64,000 bases of DNA from the human T2T-CHM13v2.0 reference genome, Homo sapiens: the NCBI RefSeq assembly GCF_009914755.1, contig NC_060940.1. One strand, written 5' to 3'. Below, in pieces: positions 28,052-40,924 of the stretch (the first letter of the stretch is position 1; every line of letters starts with the position of its first letter). The position numbers were made by a program, and so were the translations under genes. Under the pieces are notes generated by a model that was not told where the DNA came from, made no database searches, and saw only the letters and a program-made list of their open reading frames with translations.

Positions 28052-28547
28052 TGTGAAGGTTAATTTTATTAATGTTTATCAACTTGGTTGGACCACAGTG
28101 CCTAGATATGTGGTTACATGTTATTCTGTGAGGGTGTTTTTATCTAAGGCATTAATATTGAAATTGGTAGGTGGTGAGTAAAGTAAATTGCCCTCTACAA
28201 TGTGGGTGGGCTGTATCCAATCAGTTGAAGGCCTGAATAGAAGAAAAGATTGACCTCCTTTGAGCAAGAGGGAATTCTGCAGTAGGTGGCCCTTGGACTT
28301 GAACTATGGCATCTACTCTACCTGGGTCTCTATTTGGTTATCCACCTTGCAGATTTAGGATTTTGCAGCCTCCATAATTATTAGGTAAACCAGTTCCTTA
28401 AAATCTCTCTCTTTCTTTCTTTCTTTTTCTTTTCTTTCTTTCCTTTTCTTTTCTTTTCTTTCTTTCTCTTTCTTTCTTTCTTTCTCTTTCTTTCTTTCTT
28501 TCCCTTTCCTTTCCTTTCTTTCCTTGCTTTCTTTCCTTTCTTTCTTT

Positions 28548-28603
<56 letters not shown>

Positions 28604-28637
28604 TCCTTTGTTTCTTTCTTCCTTCCTTCCTTCCTTC

Positions 28638-28695
<58 letters not shown>

Positions 28696-28802
28696 CTCTC
28701 TCTGTCTGTCTCTCTTTCTTTCTTTCTCTGTCTCTTTCTCTCCCTATGTCTCTCTTCGCTTTCCTGTTGGTTCTTTCTCTCTAAAGTACCTTGACTGATA
28801 TA
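28052..28802 (+). mobile_element. MLT2 LTR carrying a (TTTC)n expansion
   Basis: tgtgaaggttaatttt...aatgtgggtgggctgtatccaatcagttgaaggcctgaatag...gactgatata; TSD gcagg/acagg. Confidence 0.85.
28405..28745. repeat. Complex (TTTC)n/(TTCC)n polypyrimidine tract
   Basis: ~340 bp almost pure C/T. Confidence 0.95.
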
Positions 28803-29599
28803 ACAGGCCACAATCAGAATGACTTGACTCTACTCCACATGTCTTGGGCCTCATCTGAAATGACTTGAAGACTAGGCCCAGCTGGGGTTACTGACCAGAG
28901 TGCCTTCACATGGCCTTTCTGTATAACTTGAGCTCCCCATAACACAGTGGCATGTTTCCAAGAGGGAGTGCCCAGAGAGTGAATTTCCCAAGAGACCAAG
29001 ACAGATATATGGCTTTTTATGATATGGCTTCAGAAGCCGCCTAGTATCACTTATGCCATACTCTGCTGGTTGAAGCAGTCCTGAGCCCTCCCAGATTCAA
29101 AGGAAGGTATATCACTCCACCTCTTGATAGGAGGGGTATCAAATCATTTAGGGTCTTGTTTTCAAAACCACCCCAAGGAGGCCTTGGAGAATATTTGAGA
29201 TTCTTTCTTTCATTCTTACCTAAGGTAACCACATACATTTTCAGTATGCCTTTTTTCTCCCTTAGGTTTCTATGATATTTTACTCATCTGGATTCCCTTC
29301 TCTCACACAGACCCATTATTTCCCTTTTTACTCTCCATGCATATGATTTTCAGCAACATAGACAGGCAGCCCTTTAGCGGTCACTTTCATTCTCTTTGCC
29401 CATTCTCCTAATAGAAAGATGGCAGCATGGACACAATACTGACCAAGAAGTGAAATGCAGGGTGAAGGGTGCTTGGCTAGAGAACCCTGGTTTCGAGAAA
29501 TAAATTCTTGAAATAAAGGTGATTGGTGTTGGAACATTAAAATTAGCCTTTGACTATATCCTTCACGTTGGGGTGGCAATTCAGAGCATTAACCTAAGG

Positions 29600-29990
29600 C
29601 TTCCAGTGTTTTTATCAGGCATTGTTCTAAATAAATTAAATCTCATGATTTTTGTTGAGTTTCATAATGTTAAGAATATGAAAGTAATATGTGTGCAATG
29701 TGAAAAAAATTGGAAAATGGAGTAAAATACACAAGAAGAAATAAAGACAACTAATGATAATATTATGGCATATATCATTTTTTTTAAAAAAAAACGTGCT
29801 TAACATGAGGTTATGCTATCTATAGTCAAAAAACTTACAATACCTTAAGCCCATTTCTCCATGCCACTAGACAAAATGTTGAAATGTCATTTCAACAGCT
29901 TGCATAATATTCAATGATATGAACGTGCTATACTTCATTTAACCAATCCTCAAATGTTGGATATTTATTTCAAGGTTGTGTTGGGTTTTT
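29600..29990 (-). mobile_element. L1ME-like 3' fragment
   Basis: gcataatattcaatgatatgaacgtgctatacttcatttaaccaatcc. Confidence 0.55.
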
Positions 29991-30602
29991 TGACTCATGT
30001 AGGGAGAAAAAAAGTGAAACTCGCCTTGTCTGTCATCATGTTTTCCACCTCCCATGGGTTACCTTCTTTTCGGGGAACAGATTTGAAAGGTTGGGTTGTG
30101 GAAATAGAATCATTCTTGGTAGTCCCTGAGGGTCAGTGATGGTTCTATGGTGATGATGATGATAGTCATGATAGCAATGATGTTTCTGATTGATACCACT
30201 TATTTAATATGCCCACCCACTTGTTCATTTTAAAGACCTACACATCATCCTTGCTTTGTTCCTTTTTCTCACCTGCCACACACAGTCACCAAGACCTGTC
30301 AAGTCAGTGTATGAAATATTTCTTGAATCTGCCCATTTTCTTCCCATTTCCTTGGATACCTCTCTTCTCTTGATTTCTTTAATAGCTGTTAGCTGGGGAA
30401 CTTTCTTCCAACTAGGATGGCCCCTGTGAAGGGCAGCCCTGGTCATGTAATTCCAATGCTTGAATCTCATCCCCCTTGGAATAACACCTAACCCCTTTCA
30501 CATGGCTCCTGAGACCCCGCCTTGCCTCAAGCCACTCCCCACTTCTCTTCTCCAGCCATTTTAAACCTTTCTTGTCTCTAGCACATTCCACCTCTAGGCC
30601 TT

Positions 30603-31265
30603 TATCTTAGTCCGTTTGGGCTGCTATAACAAATATGGGTGAAGTGGCTTAAACAATAGAAATTTATTTCACACAGTTCTAAAGGCTGGGAATTCCAAGA
30701 TTGAGGTGCCGGCCGGTTTGGTTCCAGGGGAGGACTCGCTTCCTGGTTTGTGGATGGCTGTCTTCTCACTGTATCCTCACATGGTGGGGAGAGAGATCAT
30801 CTGTCCCTTTATTTATTTATTTTTTGAGACAGAGTCTTGTTCTGCCACCCAGACTGGAGTGCAGTGACATGATCTTGGCTCACTGCAACCTCTACCTCCC
30901 GGGTTCAAGATCCTCCTGCCTCAGCCTCCCAAGTAACTGGGACTATAGGCATGCACCGCTATACCTGGATAATTTTTATATTTTTAGTAGAGATGGGGTT
31001 TCACCATGTTGGCCAGGCTGGTCTCGAACTTCTGACCTCAGGTGATCCATCTGCCTCGGCCTGTCAAAGTGCTGGGATTACAAGTGTGAGCCCCTGTACC
31101 CAGCCCATCTATCTCTTTTTATAAGAGCACTAATCCCATTCATTAGAGTTCCACTTTCATGAGCTGATCACCTCCCATTGGACCCACCTCTGAAGAGCAT
31201 CACATTGAGGATTAGGGCTCCATCTGAGGAATTTTGGGGCCACACAGGCATTCAGTTCCATAGCA
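30603..31265 (-). mobile_element. MLT1A LTR inserted in L2, containing an Alu
   Basis: tatcttagtccgtttgggctgctataacaaa...cattcagttccatagca; perfect 5-bp TSD gcctt (30598-30602, 31266-31270). Confidence 0.85.
30808..31104 (-). mobile_element. AluS
   Basis: TSD catctgtcccttt/catctatctcttt. Confidence 0.95.
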
Positions 31266-33381
31266 GCCTTTGAGTTAACTCTTTCCTCTGCATGGAGCAC
31301 TCTTTCTCCTCTTTCTTAAGTTGTCTTAGTGCAGATACTGCTTTCTCCAAGAAGCCTTCCAGGACAATGCACCCACCCCTGTAACTGGGTTAGGTGCCCT
31401 GCTGGGGCCCAGTGTGACTATCTGTGTGGACTCACTTCCTGGTACTTATTTTAATTGTTGCAGAATTTTGTCTTTCTTTCCACTGAACCATGAGCTCTGT
31501 GAGAGTAGGGTTCCTTCTTTCTTCCCAGCAGATTTTAGCCTTGTGCCCTACACATAACATGCCCTCCTTAACTATATGAATAAACGAAAGCCATGACTGC
31601 CATTTCTTGGCCAAGCCCACTCACAAGATGAGAACTCTGACCCACTTACAAGAACCAACTTGAATAGCCTCCCCTCTTTGCTGACTTGGGGGTAGAAAAT
31701 TGTCTTCTGGGCAGAAAAAAATGCTTTAAGAACAGAATAGGAGATCATTTGTGTAAATCATTAATCTCTTTACTATTTCTATTTGCAATGGATATCAAAT
31801 TAAATATTGCATTAAGTGAATTAAATATTAATGTTGCATTAAATATATATTACATTTTAAAAATTAAGTGCTGGATACTCTTTGCTTTGGAGTTGGATTA
31901 TGATGGCTTTAGCACTGTCAGCCCAGCATGTGCTGCATGTAGTCATTTTCTATGTCATCGATGAATCAATGATTTATTAGAGCTCATGGGAATAAGAAAA
32001 AAAACGGTGGGGAGGAAGGGGGTTGAGGGTCTGTGGATGGGTGGTGTAGCCGGGAGGGCACCATAGCACAGCGAGAGTTGATGTTTGAGGAATGAGAAGA
32101 AATGAGAAGAAGTGGGAAGCTATATAATGTATTGTGCTGTGCAATTTACATGGATTATCTCATTTAATTCTCATTAGAGATAAATGAATCAGGTACAGTT
32201 ATTATTTTGCCTTACATAGGTGAAAACTGAGCCTCAAAGGTTAGGCAAGGCCTCACAGCCTAGACTGGGCCATCCCAGCCACATTCTTAACTATGACCCT
32301 CTACTGCTCTTGAAGGAAGTGCTTTCAGGTTGCCATGAATCCAAATAGGCAACTGGGTTTTAAGGAATTTTAAGTTTTGGCTATCTGTATTCCTAACAAC
32401 AGGAGAATATAACAAAACTTAAACCTATTCATCTCTGCCTTCATGCATCCATCCGTCCATCCATTCACCCTTCCACAGTATTGGTTCTTACTGAGTTCCT
32501 GATGGGTACCAGGAATGGCCAACTCTGGGGATATAGTAGAGAACAAGGTAGATATGATCCCTCTGCTAATGGATCTCATAGTCTTGTGGCAGAAGCCAAG
32601 AGCACCTGGCTTCAACTCTTCCAGGCTCTTTTCTCCTCCATCAAGATGCTTCCATCTCTGTACCACTCTTGGCCCATGTGATGTTCCATATCCCATATCT
32701 CTGAAGAGCCAGGGCAGATGCTCCCTTAAGGGAGATCTCTGCTTCCTTGTTGCTCACCATGCCCTGGCCTCTTGGTGACTCTCAGAGTCTCTGGTGAACC
32801 TCCCCTTTTCTTGGCGATGGAGTTCCCACATTCTAGGCAGTAATGACATATGATCTCCACATGTGGACATGCATTGGCATGTAAACCAGATATGACCCTT
32901 GTCCTCTGTGCTTAGGGCCTCATCCTAATCTCAGATCAGCTGCTCCTCATCCCATCTGCATGGCAGATATAGCTCCAGCTCGCCTATTCAGATGGGTCTT
33001 CAGGCTTGACTGCATCCCATGCAGTGTGGTGGGTTTTGTGGGACCCCACGTGGATTTTGACACAGAGAGAAGACCCTTAGCACTTTGCTAAACCACCTGG
33101 AAAGGCTCTCAGGTCCCCAGATCCATGCTTCCGTTTAGACCTCCTCTCTGAATCCCAGGCTCACGTGACCAACCGCCTGACCACTCTAAATGGATGTCTC
33201 AAGGCCATCTCAAATGCCGCATGTCCACTTGTCTCATGTCTGTGCAACACTTTCTCACGATCCCCCAATTTTTCCTTCCCCCACAAATCTTTTTCAGTTT
33301 ATTAATAAGAATCGTCCTTCACCAAAAAAGCAAGTCGGGAAATGAGAGGTCATGATCTTAACCCTTCCTCCCCGACTCACA

Positions 33382-33442
33382 GCACACATACACACATGCA
33401 CGCACACACACGCTCACACACGCACCTGCATACATTCACACC
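33382..33442. repeat. Degenerate (CA)n
   Basis: Interrupted CA run. Confidence 0.8.
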
Positions 33443-33759
33443 ATGACCTACCAGCAAGTCCTCTTGATTCTGAGCTCAGAGACTGCTTACACTGAGATGA
33501 AATGTGAGATTAACAGCTCCAAAATATTTCTCGAGTCTCTCTCCTTCTCTTCATCCCTTCCAACAACACCTTAATCTTCACTGCCTCTCCGTGTCGCCAC
33601 TCCCAGTTCTTTATGACAAAGCTTGATTTATTCTCAGCTGCAAAGACATTCCATGGCCTCCTTCCTACACTTGCATGTTTAGTTTTCCTGTTTTGTCTGA
33701 TTCTGTTTCCTAAAAGTCAATGATGAGTCTCTGGATGGGGAGACAGGTAAGGAGCTAGG

Positions 33760-33818
33760 AGTGTAAAGTCGGCATGTTTTTAGTGTAAAGTCGGCATGTT
33801 TTTAGTGTAAAGTCGGCA
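33760..33818. repeat. Perfect 22-bp tandem repeat, 2.7 copies
   Basis: agtgtaaagtcggcatgttttt x2 + agtgtaaagtcggca. Confidence 0.95.
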
Positions 33819-35798
33819 CAATGCCAAATGAGAACCTCAGGTATATGAGAGACTCAGTGGACAAGAGGGGTCTTGGAACCAGAATCAGACAGAGAAGGTT
33901 TGAATCCCAGCCCACTGACTTTTGCAACCCTCAGACCTTTACTTCTCTGTTTTCATGATTGTTGAAGCAGGAATAGTAATAATCTTGTGGTCTTATCATA
34001 AGGACTAAACGTTTTAATTCTTGTATAATGGGATGGAGTTTACCATTATCCCATCTACACCACTGCACCTCCCTCATATTTTAAGGGACTTGTAAGTTTC
34101 CTTTGAATAAGGAGAGGGCACCATTGAAAAGAGGGGCACATCACATAGATAAGTTTTGTTGGGGTCCTGCAGAGGCTCAGGGCCCAGGAGAAACACTTCT
34201 GTGCTACCCACAGTCCTTGGGCAGCTGATGGTTGTAAAGGACTCTTCCCAGATGATGGTGAGGGCTCGGCTGACAGTGCTCCTTGTCACAGCAACATGCT
34301 TTCCAGTGAAGGGTGAGGAATGTTCTGTAGGCATTTGTTCTGCAGCTTCCTTTAGATATCAAAAGGGCTGACTGCTGTTTCCTCCTCTTTTCATGCCTGC
34401 TAAAGTAATCCTAATCTTCCCTTAGGCGAGGAAGATGCCTCTGAGTGATGAAGATTCACATTCGAGGAAGGCACAAAGGAAAAGCACAGAGATAAATCTG
34501 AGTCCTAATCCCATTGCAGGAGCGGAGCACATCACCTGGCTGGCACTGTTTTGGCATCGCGTAGTAGCGATTACACATATTGTCACTTGTCATCAGGAAG
34601 GGGGGTGGGTGGTGAAGGGATGTGCTCAGATGTCAAGGTTGAAATTCTGCTCATGAAACGGATGACAAGGAAAGAAATGTCTGCAGAAATACTTCCTGTC
34701 TCATTTTCTCTACTGGGGTGGGGGTCCCGTCATTTCCAAGGGGCTCCTGCAGTTTTGCATTCTTGGTGTGCCTTCTATGAGATTGCAGACTGGAGAGGAA
34801 AACAGAAAGCCAGCTCCCAAGGTGACTGAACCCCGTCGTGGTCTTGCTGTTTGCAAGGTTAGACCAGCAGAGAATGGCTGCATCTCTAATAGTGGTGCAT
34901 AGAGTGGTAACATCTGAACTTGTGCAGAGTTCACTGGTTTATTAATTCAAGAGTGCAATTAGAGGCTCGATGATCTGCCCCGCACTCTGCCGCCTCTGCC
35001 TCTCCTAGCGTTTCCCACGCCTCCTTTCCCCTCGAGGCACTCATTTCTAGACTTGGAGAGGCGAGGGGGTGGCTGAGGAAACCAGCAGGCTGGCAGGGAG
35101 GGCAGGCACCTAATTATTGTGCTGGGCACTGTTCAGAACTAAAACTTTGGGCCCTGCAGCTGCAACCAACCAGGCTCTGATGAAAGTTTCATGCAGTTTT
35201 TTCTTCCCTTTAAAGCCTATTGGGACATTTTCAGCTGAGGAAAAAGGGGCAGAGTCTGCCTTAATCCTTGCCTGTCCCATATTTCTGCCTTTAAGTGGAT
35301 TCAAGCCCGAGCCTTGTAATTATCTCAAAAATAGACCTGGTGGCCACGGTGCATTTGGTGGGTTTCCTTGGCAGAACCTAATGAAACAGTGTAGTGAGGA
35401 GGAGATAGCCTGCTGGCAGGGTGGATGGATGGCCCTGTGTCTGTTAATCTCACATTTCATCTCAGTTTAAGCAGTCTCTGAGCTCATTAATTGTCTTTCT
35501 GAGAAGGGCCAGGCATTTATTTTTGAGAGCCATCCAGCTTCACTGAGCTCATAGAGTCTAAAGAGAAGGGACAAGGGGTAGCTATCTACCCAGTTCTACT
35601 GAACAAAAAATATATAGCTAGACAGGGCAGATGGCTCTTGATCTATTTTGCCTGGTTGCCCACCAGAAAGGTGGCACCAATTTCCACTCCCACCAGTGGT
35701 GTAGGAGGGTGCCAGCTCCTCACACCATCACTGGCACTAAAGATTACCCGTCTCTTTTCAACAAAAGGTGGAACGCTGTGCTTGCCTACATCCCATGA

Positions 35799-36136
<338 letters not shown>

Positions 36137-36399
36137 GAAACCCAGTGAGTTTCTAATGCACATGGAACACCTGTGTGTTTTAAAGAAGCAGGATACACAA
36201 TAACTCAAGTTTTACCAGAGTATAAAGTGGCCCTTTACTTTGTACATTGTGATAGTTTTGAACTACCAAATTCCTAAAAATGTGGTATTTTTAGGAATTT
36301 TGGATGCTGATCAGTAGGGAAATAAATACATTATGATGCATCCATGGCATGGAATTCTACGCACCTGTTAGGAAAGAAGGAATTGGTGTCTCCACACTA

Positions 36400-36605
36400 A
36401 GGGCTCTGGACTGTGGTCCCCTGGGGACATTTGGCCTCTTCTGGAGTCCTTTTTGGTTGTTATAATTGGAGGAGGCGATGTAAGAGTGGCATTCGGTGGG
36501 TAAAGGCCAGGGGCACTGCTAAAGGTCCTACAGGCATGGGACGAGCCCCACGACAAAGAATAATCTGGCCTGAATTTTCAATGTTGCTGAAGTTAAGAAA
36601 CCCAG
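36400..36605. mobile_element. MER20 DNA transposon within an L1ME remnant (36170-36900)
   Basis: ggggacatttggc...tttttggttgttataattgg...cccacgacaaagaataatctggcc...gttaagaaacccag. Confidence 0.8.
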
Positions 36606-37182
36606 TTATCCATGATTTGTCTGGGAAAGGTGTTCATACTAAATTGATACATTTATAAAAAGAAAGTGAGCAGATCAACATCTAATCCTTGGTCCATTTT
36701 TAAAAAATGAAAGTATTTTTGTGTATGTATATATACATAGATGATAGATAGATATATTTTTGCATTTTTAGGAAAATGGTTAGAAGAATACACGTCAACC
36801 TTGCATCCCTGGTTGTACTTCCAGGGTTGAGTTTGGAGAGTAGTAGGGAGTTTTCTCTTCCTTTATAATTCAAAGAGGATTGGTTGGTAACATAATACGG
36901 ATTTTGTTTTTTATAAATCCAACTGACACCTTACTTTTCTGGGATCACACATACTGAAAATGGATTTTTGCAGGGCAGCTCAGTGGCATGAAGTGCGTTG
37001 CTTTTCAAGTGACTGTTCTATGAAGCTGATCTCTTTATTCTCCTCTGTCTGCTGTTAGTTACCATTGAGCTTAGCAATACTAGATTTTGAGTTTCTAAAT
37101 GAAAAAATAAAATGAAAATAATACAGAGAAATAAATGGATCCAAGTGCTTAAAGATGCATAAAAGTGTTTTAAACCAGTTCA

Positions 37183-37521
<339 letters not shown>

Positions 37522-38740
37522 TTACAACACCCAGAAATGCAACCACTGTGGGAGGTCTATTTTGAACAAATTTGCTTTCAGCCAAATTGTGTTCAGCAGA
37601 ACAAAGAGAGGTGTCCAGCAGCCTTTGAAGAGCCTCTCACTGCCATAACCAGGCCTGGGAGAATCATGCTGTGCACAGCTGCAATGGATCAATAGCCCCG
37701 TGATGGACCAGCAGGAGGAGGGAATCAGGAGGTGCCAGGGCTTCAGGCTCAATGGGCTGGGAGAACGGGGATGCCTTCTGGGTGCCAGGAGGGGAAGGAG
37801 GCACAGCTGGGGAGAGAGGAGAGCTGGGCTTGGGCTGTGTGGAGTTGATAATGTCTGTGGGACACCCATGTGGAGAGGCCAAGAGGATGGTCCGTTGAGT
37901 CTGGTGCTCAGGAGAGCAGTTGGGACTAGAACTGCACAGTCAGGGGTCCCCAGTGGGGTAGACATTGGGGTCCAGATGCCATGGTGAATGATTCTCTTGG
38001 AGGGCAAAGGGCAGACCCTACGGGTTGTTTGCATTCCTAGGATAGGCATAGAGAAAGGAGGAAACGCCTTAGGAAAAGATGTCAGAGAGGGGACACGACA
38101 GAGCTTGAAGAAGGGAGAGTCACTGGAGAGCATTCTAGTTGTGGACTAAGCTCTCTGGGTGGGCAGGGAACCCAGGCACTGAGGAGTAGATGACAGGGGA
38201 CCAAGGGTCCTTGCATCATCTCCTTCTCCTTCAGAGCTGTAGCTTTATGTGGATTTTTTTGCAGCTCTCTCAGTACAGTGTTCTCCTCCCCAGACTGTAG
38301 GCGCCACGAGAGGCCTCCTCTGTTTGTGCCCCATCATGTCTCCAGCATTCAGCCCAGCTGTGGAGGGTGGATGGCAAGAAGCAAAGAAAACAGAGCTGTG
38401 TAGTTGATAATGTGGTGAGCTTTGGGTGCGTTTCTGAGTCCCAAGAAAGGAGGCAATAGAGAAGGAGGGCTTGGAGATTGTGAAGGGGAGGCATGATGGA
38501 TGGAGGAGGGGCTGGGGAGGCACAGGGTGTGGCTCTAGGAGCCCAGGAGGAAGGTCTGTATCTGTTCAGCCCCTGTGTGCAGACCCTGGTCTGCAGGCAC
38601 CTCCTTTAGGAGCTTGAGGGCAGAGACCCACCTGAGCTGACACAGGGGTCTGGAGACTGGGAGGAGAGGACCTTGAAAACCACAGACCATCTCCTTTGCA
38701 CCTTTCAGAGGGGAGAGAAAAGCCATATCTGCCTGGGTGT

Positions 38741-39147
38741 GTGTGTGTTTGCTCAGGCTGCCGTAACAAAGTAATACAGATGGAGTGGCTTAAACAGCAA
38801 ATTTATTTCTCTCAGTTCTGGAGTCCAGAAGTCCAAGATTGAGGTGTCAGCAGGATTGGTTTCTTCTGAGGCCCCTCTCCTTGCCTTGTAGGTGGCCATC
38901 TCCTTGCTGCGTCCTCACCTGGCCTTTCTTCTCTGCTGCTGCATCCCTGACACCTCTTTGTGTGTCCAAATTTCATCATCTTATGAAGACAGAAGTCAGA
39001 CTGGATCAGGGCCCAGTCTAACAGCCTCATTTTAATTTAATCACCTCTTTAAAGGTCCTGTCTGCAAGTCAATTACGTTCAGAAGTCCTAGATTTGGGGT
39101 TGCAAACACAGGAGTTTTGTGGGGCGGGGTGCAGTTCAGCTTAAAAC
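38741..39147 (-). mobile_element. MLT1B/C LTR
   Basis: ggctgccgtaacaaagta...ggcttaaacagcaaatttatttctctcagttctgg...cagttcagc. Confidence 0.85.
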
Positions 39148-39579
39148 ACAGCCTTTGAGCAAGGCTGGGAGAAACAGCTCATTCTCCAGGTGTGTATCCA
39201 GCATCTACTCTGTGGATTACCTGTTTTCAAATTGTGACTGTAGGTCAAAGTCATGTCCCCCAGGACTCCTCTTCATGCAGCTGAGATGGAGCTGACTCAC
39301 CCTAGCCCATGTTCGTTGTTAATTTCATGGTCATGGGCTCATCTAAGAACTATAACAAACATACTAATAATAGCTGTTAACACTCAGGCCTTCAGTGGAT
39401 GTTTTTCCATGGACCAGGCATGCGTGGCCTCATTGAATCGTCACCCTATGAAGTAGGCTGAGGAATTTGAGACTCAGCAAGTGGAGTCCCGTGGACTGCA
39501 AGGGTTGAATGTGGCTTTCTCCAGAATGGCCAGATATGTTGTGCCTGAGACCTTGGGCAGCAGAGCAGAGCTGCATCTG

Positions 39580-39600
39580 GTCTCTGTCCACGGTGCTGCG
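39580..39600 (-). promoter_or_regulatory. RE1/NRSE (REST) motif candidate
   Basis: Minus strand CGCAGCACCGTGGACAGAGAC keeps the CAGCACCnnGGACAG core with canonical spacing. Confidence 0.45.
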
Positions 39601-40269
39601 GTGGGTAAGCTCCCAGGGGCACCTTGTTGAGTCTGGAGCCCTTGATGGGACCAGTTGGTTTTGGGGCAATTTCCTTGGCTGGGCAGGAAGAGGAGGTGCT
39701 GGTGGAGTTCATGGGGACCCTGAAAGGTCTGACGTTTTGACAAGAAAAAAGGGAGTTATGGTATCTTCTCCCACTTTAGGTGGGAAATCGTCTTGTTCAA
39801 TTCTGGAATACGGCAGAAGCGCAAGCTTGCGTCAGAGAGAGAAAGAAAGAGAAGGTGTTCTTGGCTTGAAGAGTGATGTGCTGGGCTCGGGGCAGGCTGG
39901 CCCTCAGATTCATGTTCCATACAGTGTCTGTGCAGTGGGCCCTTGCCATTTTGACTAAGCCAGGGTCCTTCCTGTGCAAGCAACTGACTCAGCCTTCTGA
40001 GACCAAGGGGAGCATGTGTGGGGTTTGATCTCCTCCATGGGGGCTGCATTTGGTGAGGGGAGGAGTTGGGTCCTGACCCAACGGAGGTGCTTGGCTGATT
40101 TCAGAGCCTGGTGGGGGCAGAGGGGGTATTTCAACTCCTGGGGCCCTGAAATCAGAGAGTACTCACAGAGTGAGGTCTTCCTCAAGGCAGCTAGGGTTTC
40201 TGTGTGTGCCCTCTGGGAATCCTAGTTCAGGAGCTGGGGTGTTTTAAGAAAGAAATGCTATCTTCCTGT

Positions 40270-40775
40270 GGTTTCCCATATTGCTTAGAAAAACACCTGA
40301 ACTCTTTATCTCAACCTGTAGGGCTAGATATGCTCTGGTCCCTGCCTGCCTCCTTGACATCATCTCTTTGCCTCTCCCATCACTCGGTTTGATGGTTCTG
40401 GCTGCTCCAGGCTGCCTCCTAGAGCTTGTCCATTGTCCCTGCCCCAGGGAGTGTGACCTGCCATCCCTCCATATGGAAGTCTCCTTCTTGTCATTCCACT
40501 CTCAGTGCTCCTTGATTCCTAGTCTAAAGTAACACCAGTTACTCTCCACCCCGTAATTCATCTTGTTATCATCATAGGAATTATCATTCTGATCTGATCT
40601 TCATTTATTATTAATAGTTATTGGTTAGCTTCCTTATTTACCATGTTCTCCCCCATCTTCCTTCTGTCTTATGGCAGCCATTTGTCATCTTGTTTGTTGT
40701 CAAAAACAGAGCCTACAACAGAGCCTGACACATGTTAGGCATTTAATGGACGTTTTGAGAATGAATGAATAAAAC
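40270..40775 (+). mobile_element. L2 3' part
   Basis: ends acagagcctgacacatgttaggcatttaatgg...gaatgaatgaat. Confidence 0.7.
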
Positions 40776-40842
40776 ATTCTTTTTTAAATCTAAGAGAAAA
40801 ACAAAGCCAAAGCAATTGTTTCAATGTAGACTCAATGTTTCT

Positions 40843-40875
<33 letters not shown>

Positions 40876-40885
40876 TTTAATGCAG

Positions 40886-40924
40886 GATCTACTGTGCCTG
40901 CCATACAGCCTGGTTGAGGGTCAG
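40886..40924 (+). CDS. RBFOX1: 39-nt internal microexon (phase-0 peptide DLLCLPYSLVEGQ); probably a distal 5' exon of long RBFOX1 isoforms
   Basis: ~40-nt pyrimidine tract (40838-40878) + taatgcag acceptor; donor CAG|GTAAGT is a perfect consensus; length is a multiple of 3; flanks are unique sequence. Gene identity rests on my recollection that a long RBFOX1 isoform has a 39-nt phase-0 second exon in huge introns; not verified by search. Confidence 0.55.

Larger units (their letters stand above)
27950..29173 (-). mobile_element. MLT1 (G/H-like) LTR split by MLT2
   Basis: attgctgtgtagcaaaccaccctaaacttag...tgtgggtcagaagtttg | ...tcacttatgccatactctgctggttgaagcagtc. Confidence 0.7.

Noticed and set aside
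28398-28811. 137-aa Lys/Glu/Arg-rich ORF
   Set aside because: Translation of the (GAAA)n tract.
32660-33065. Possible old ERVL/Gypsy-like LTR
   Set aside because: Could not assign a family, termini or TSD by eye.
34400-34660. Acceptor-like cttcccttag|GCGAGGAAGATG with ORF MPLSDEDS...
   Set aside because: No convincing donor at exon distance and no recognisable protein similarity.
37522-38133. 203-aa minus-strand ORF
   Set aside because: No recognisable domain, low-complexity Pro/Leu/Ser content, non-ATG start and no splice support; expected by chance in GA-rich DNA.
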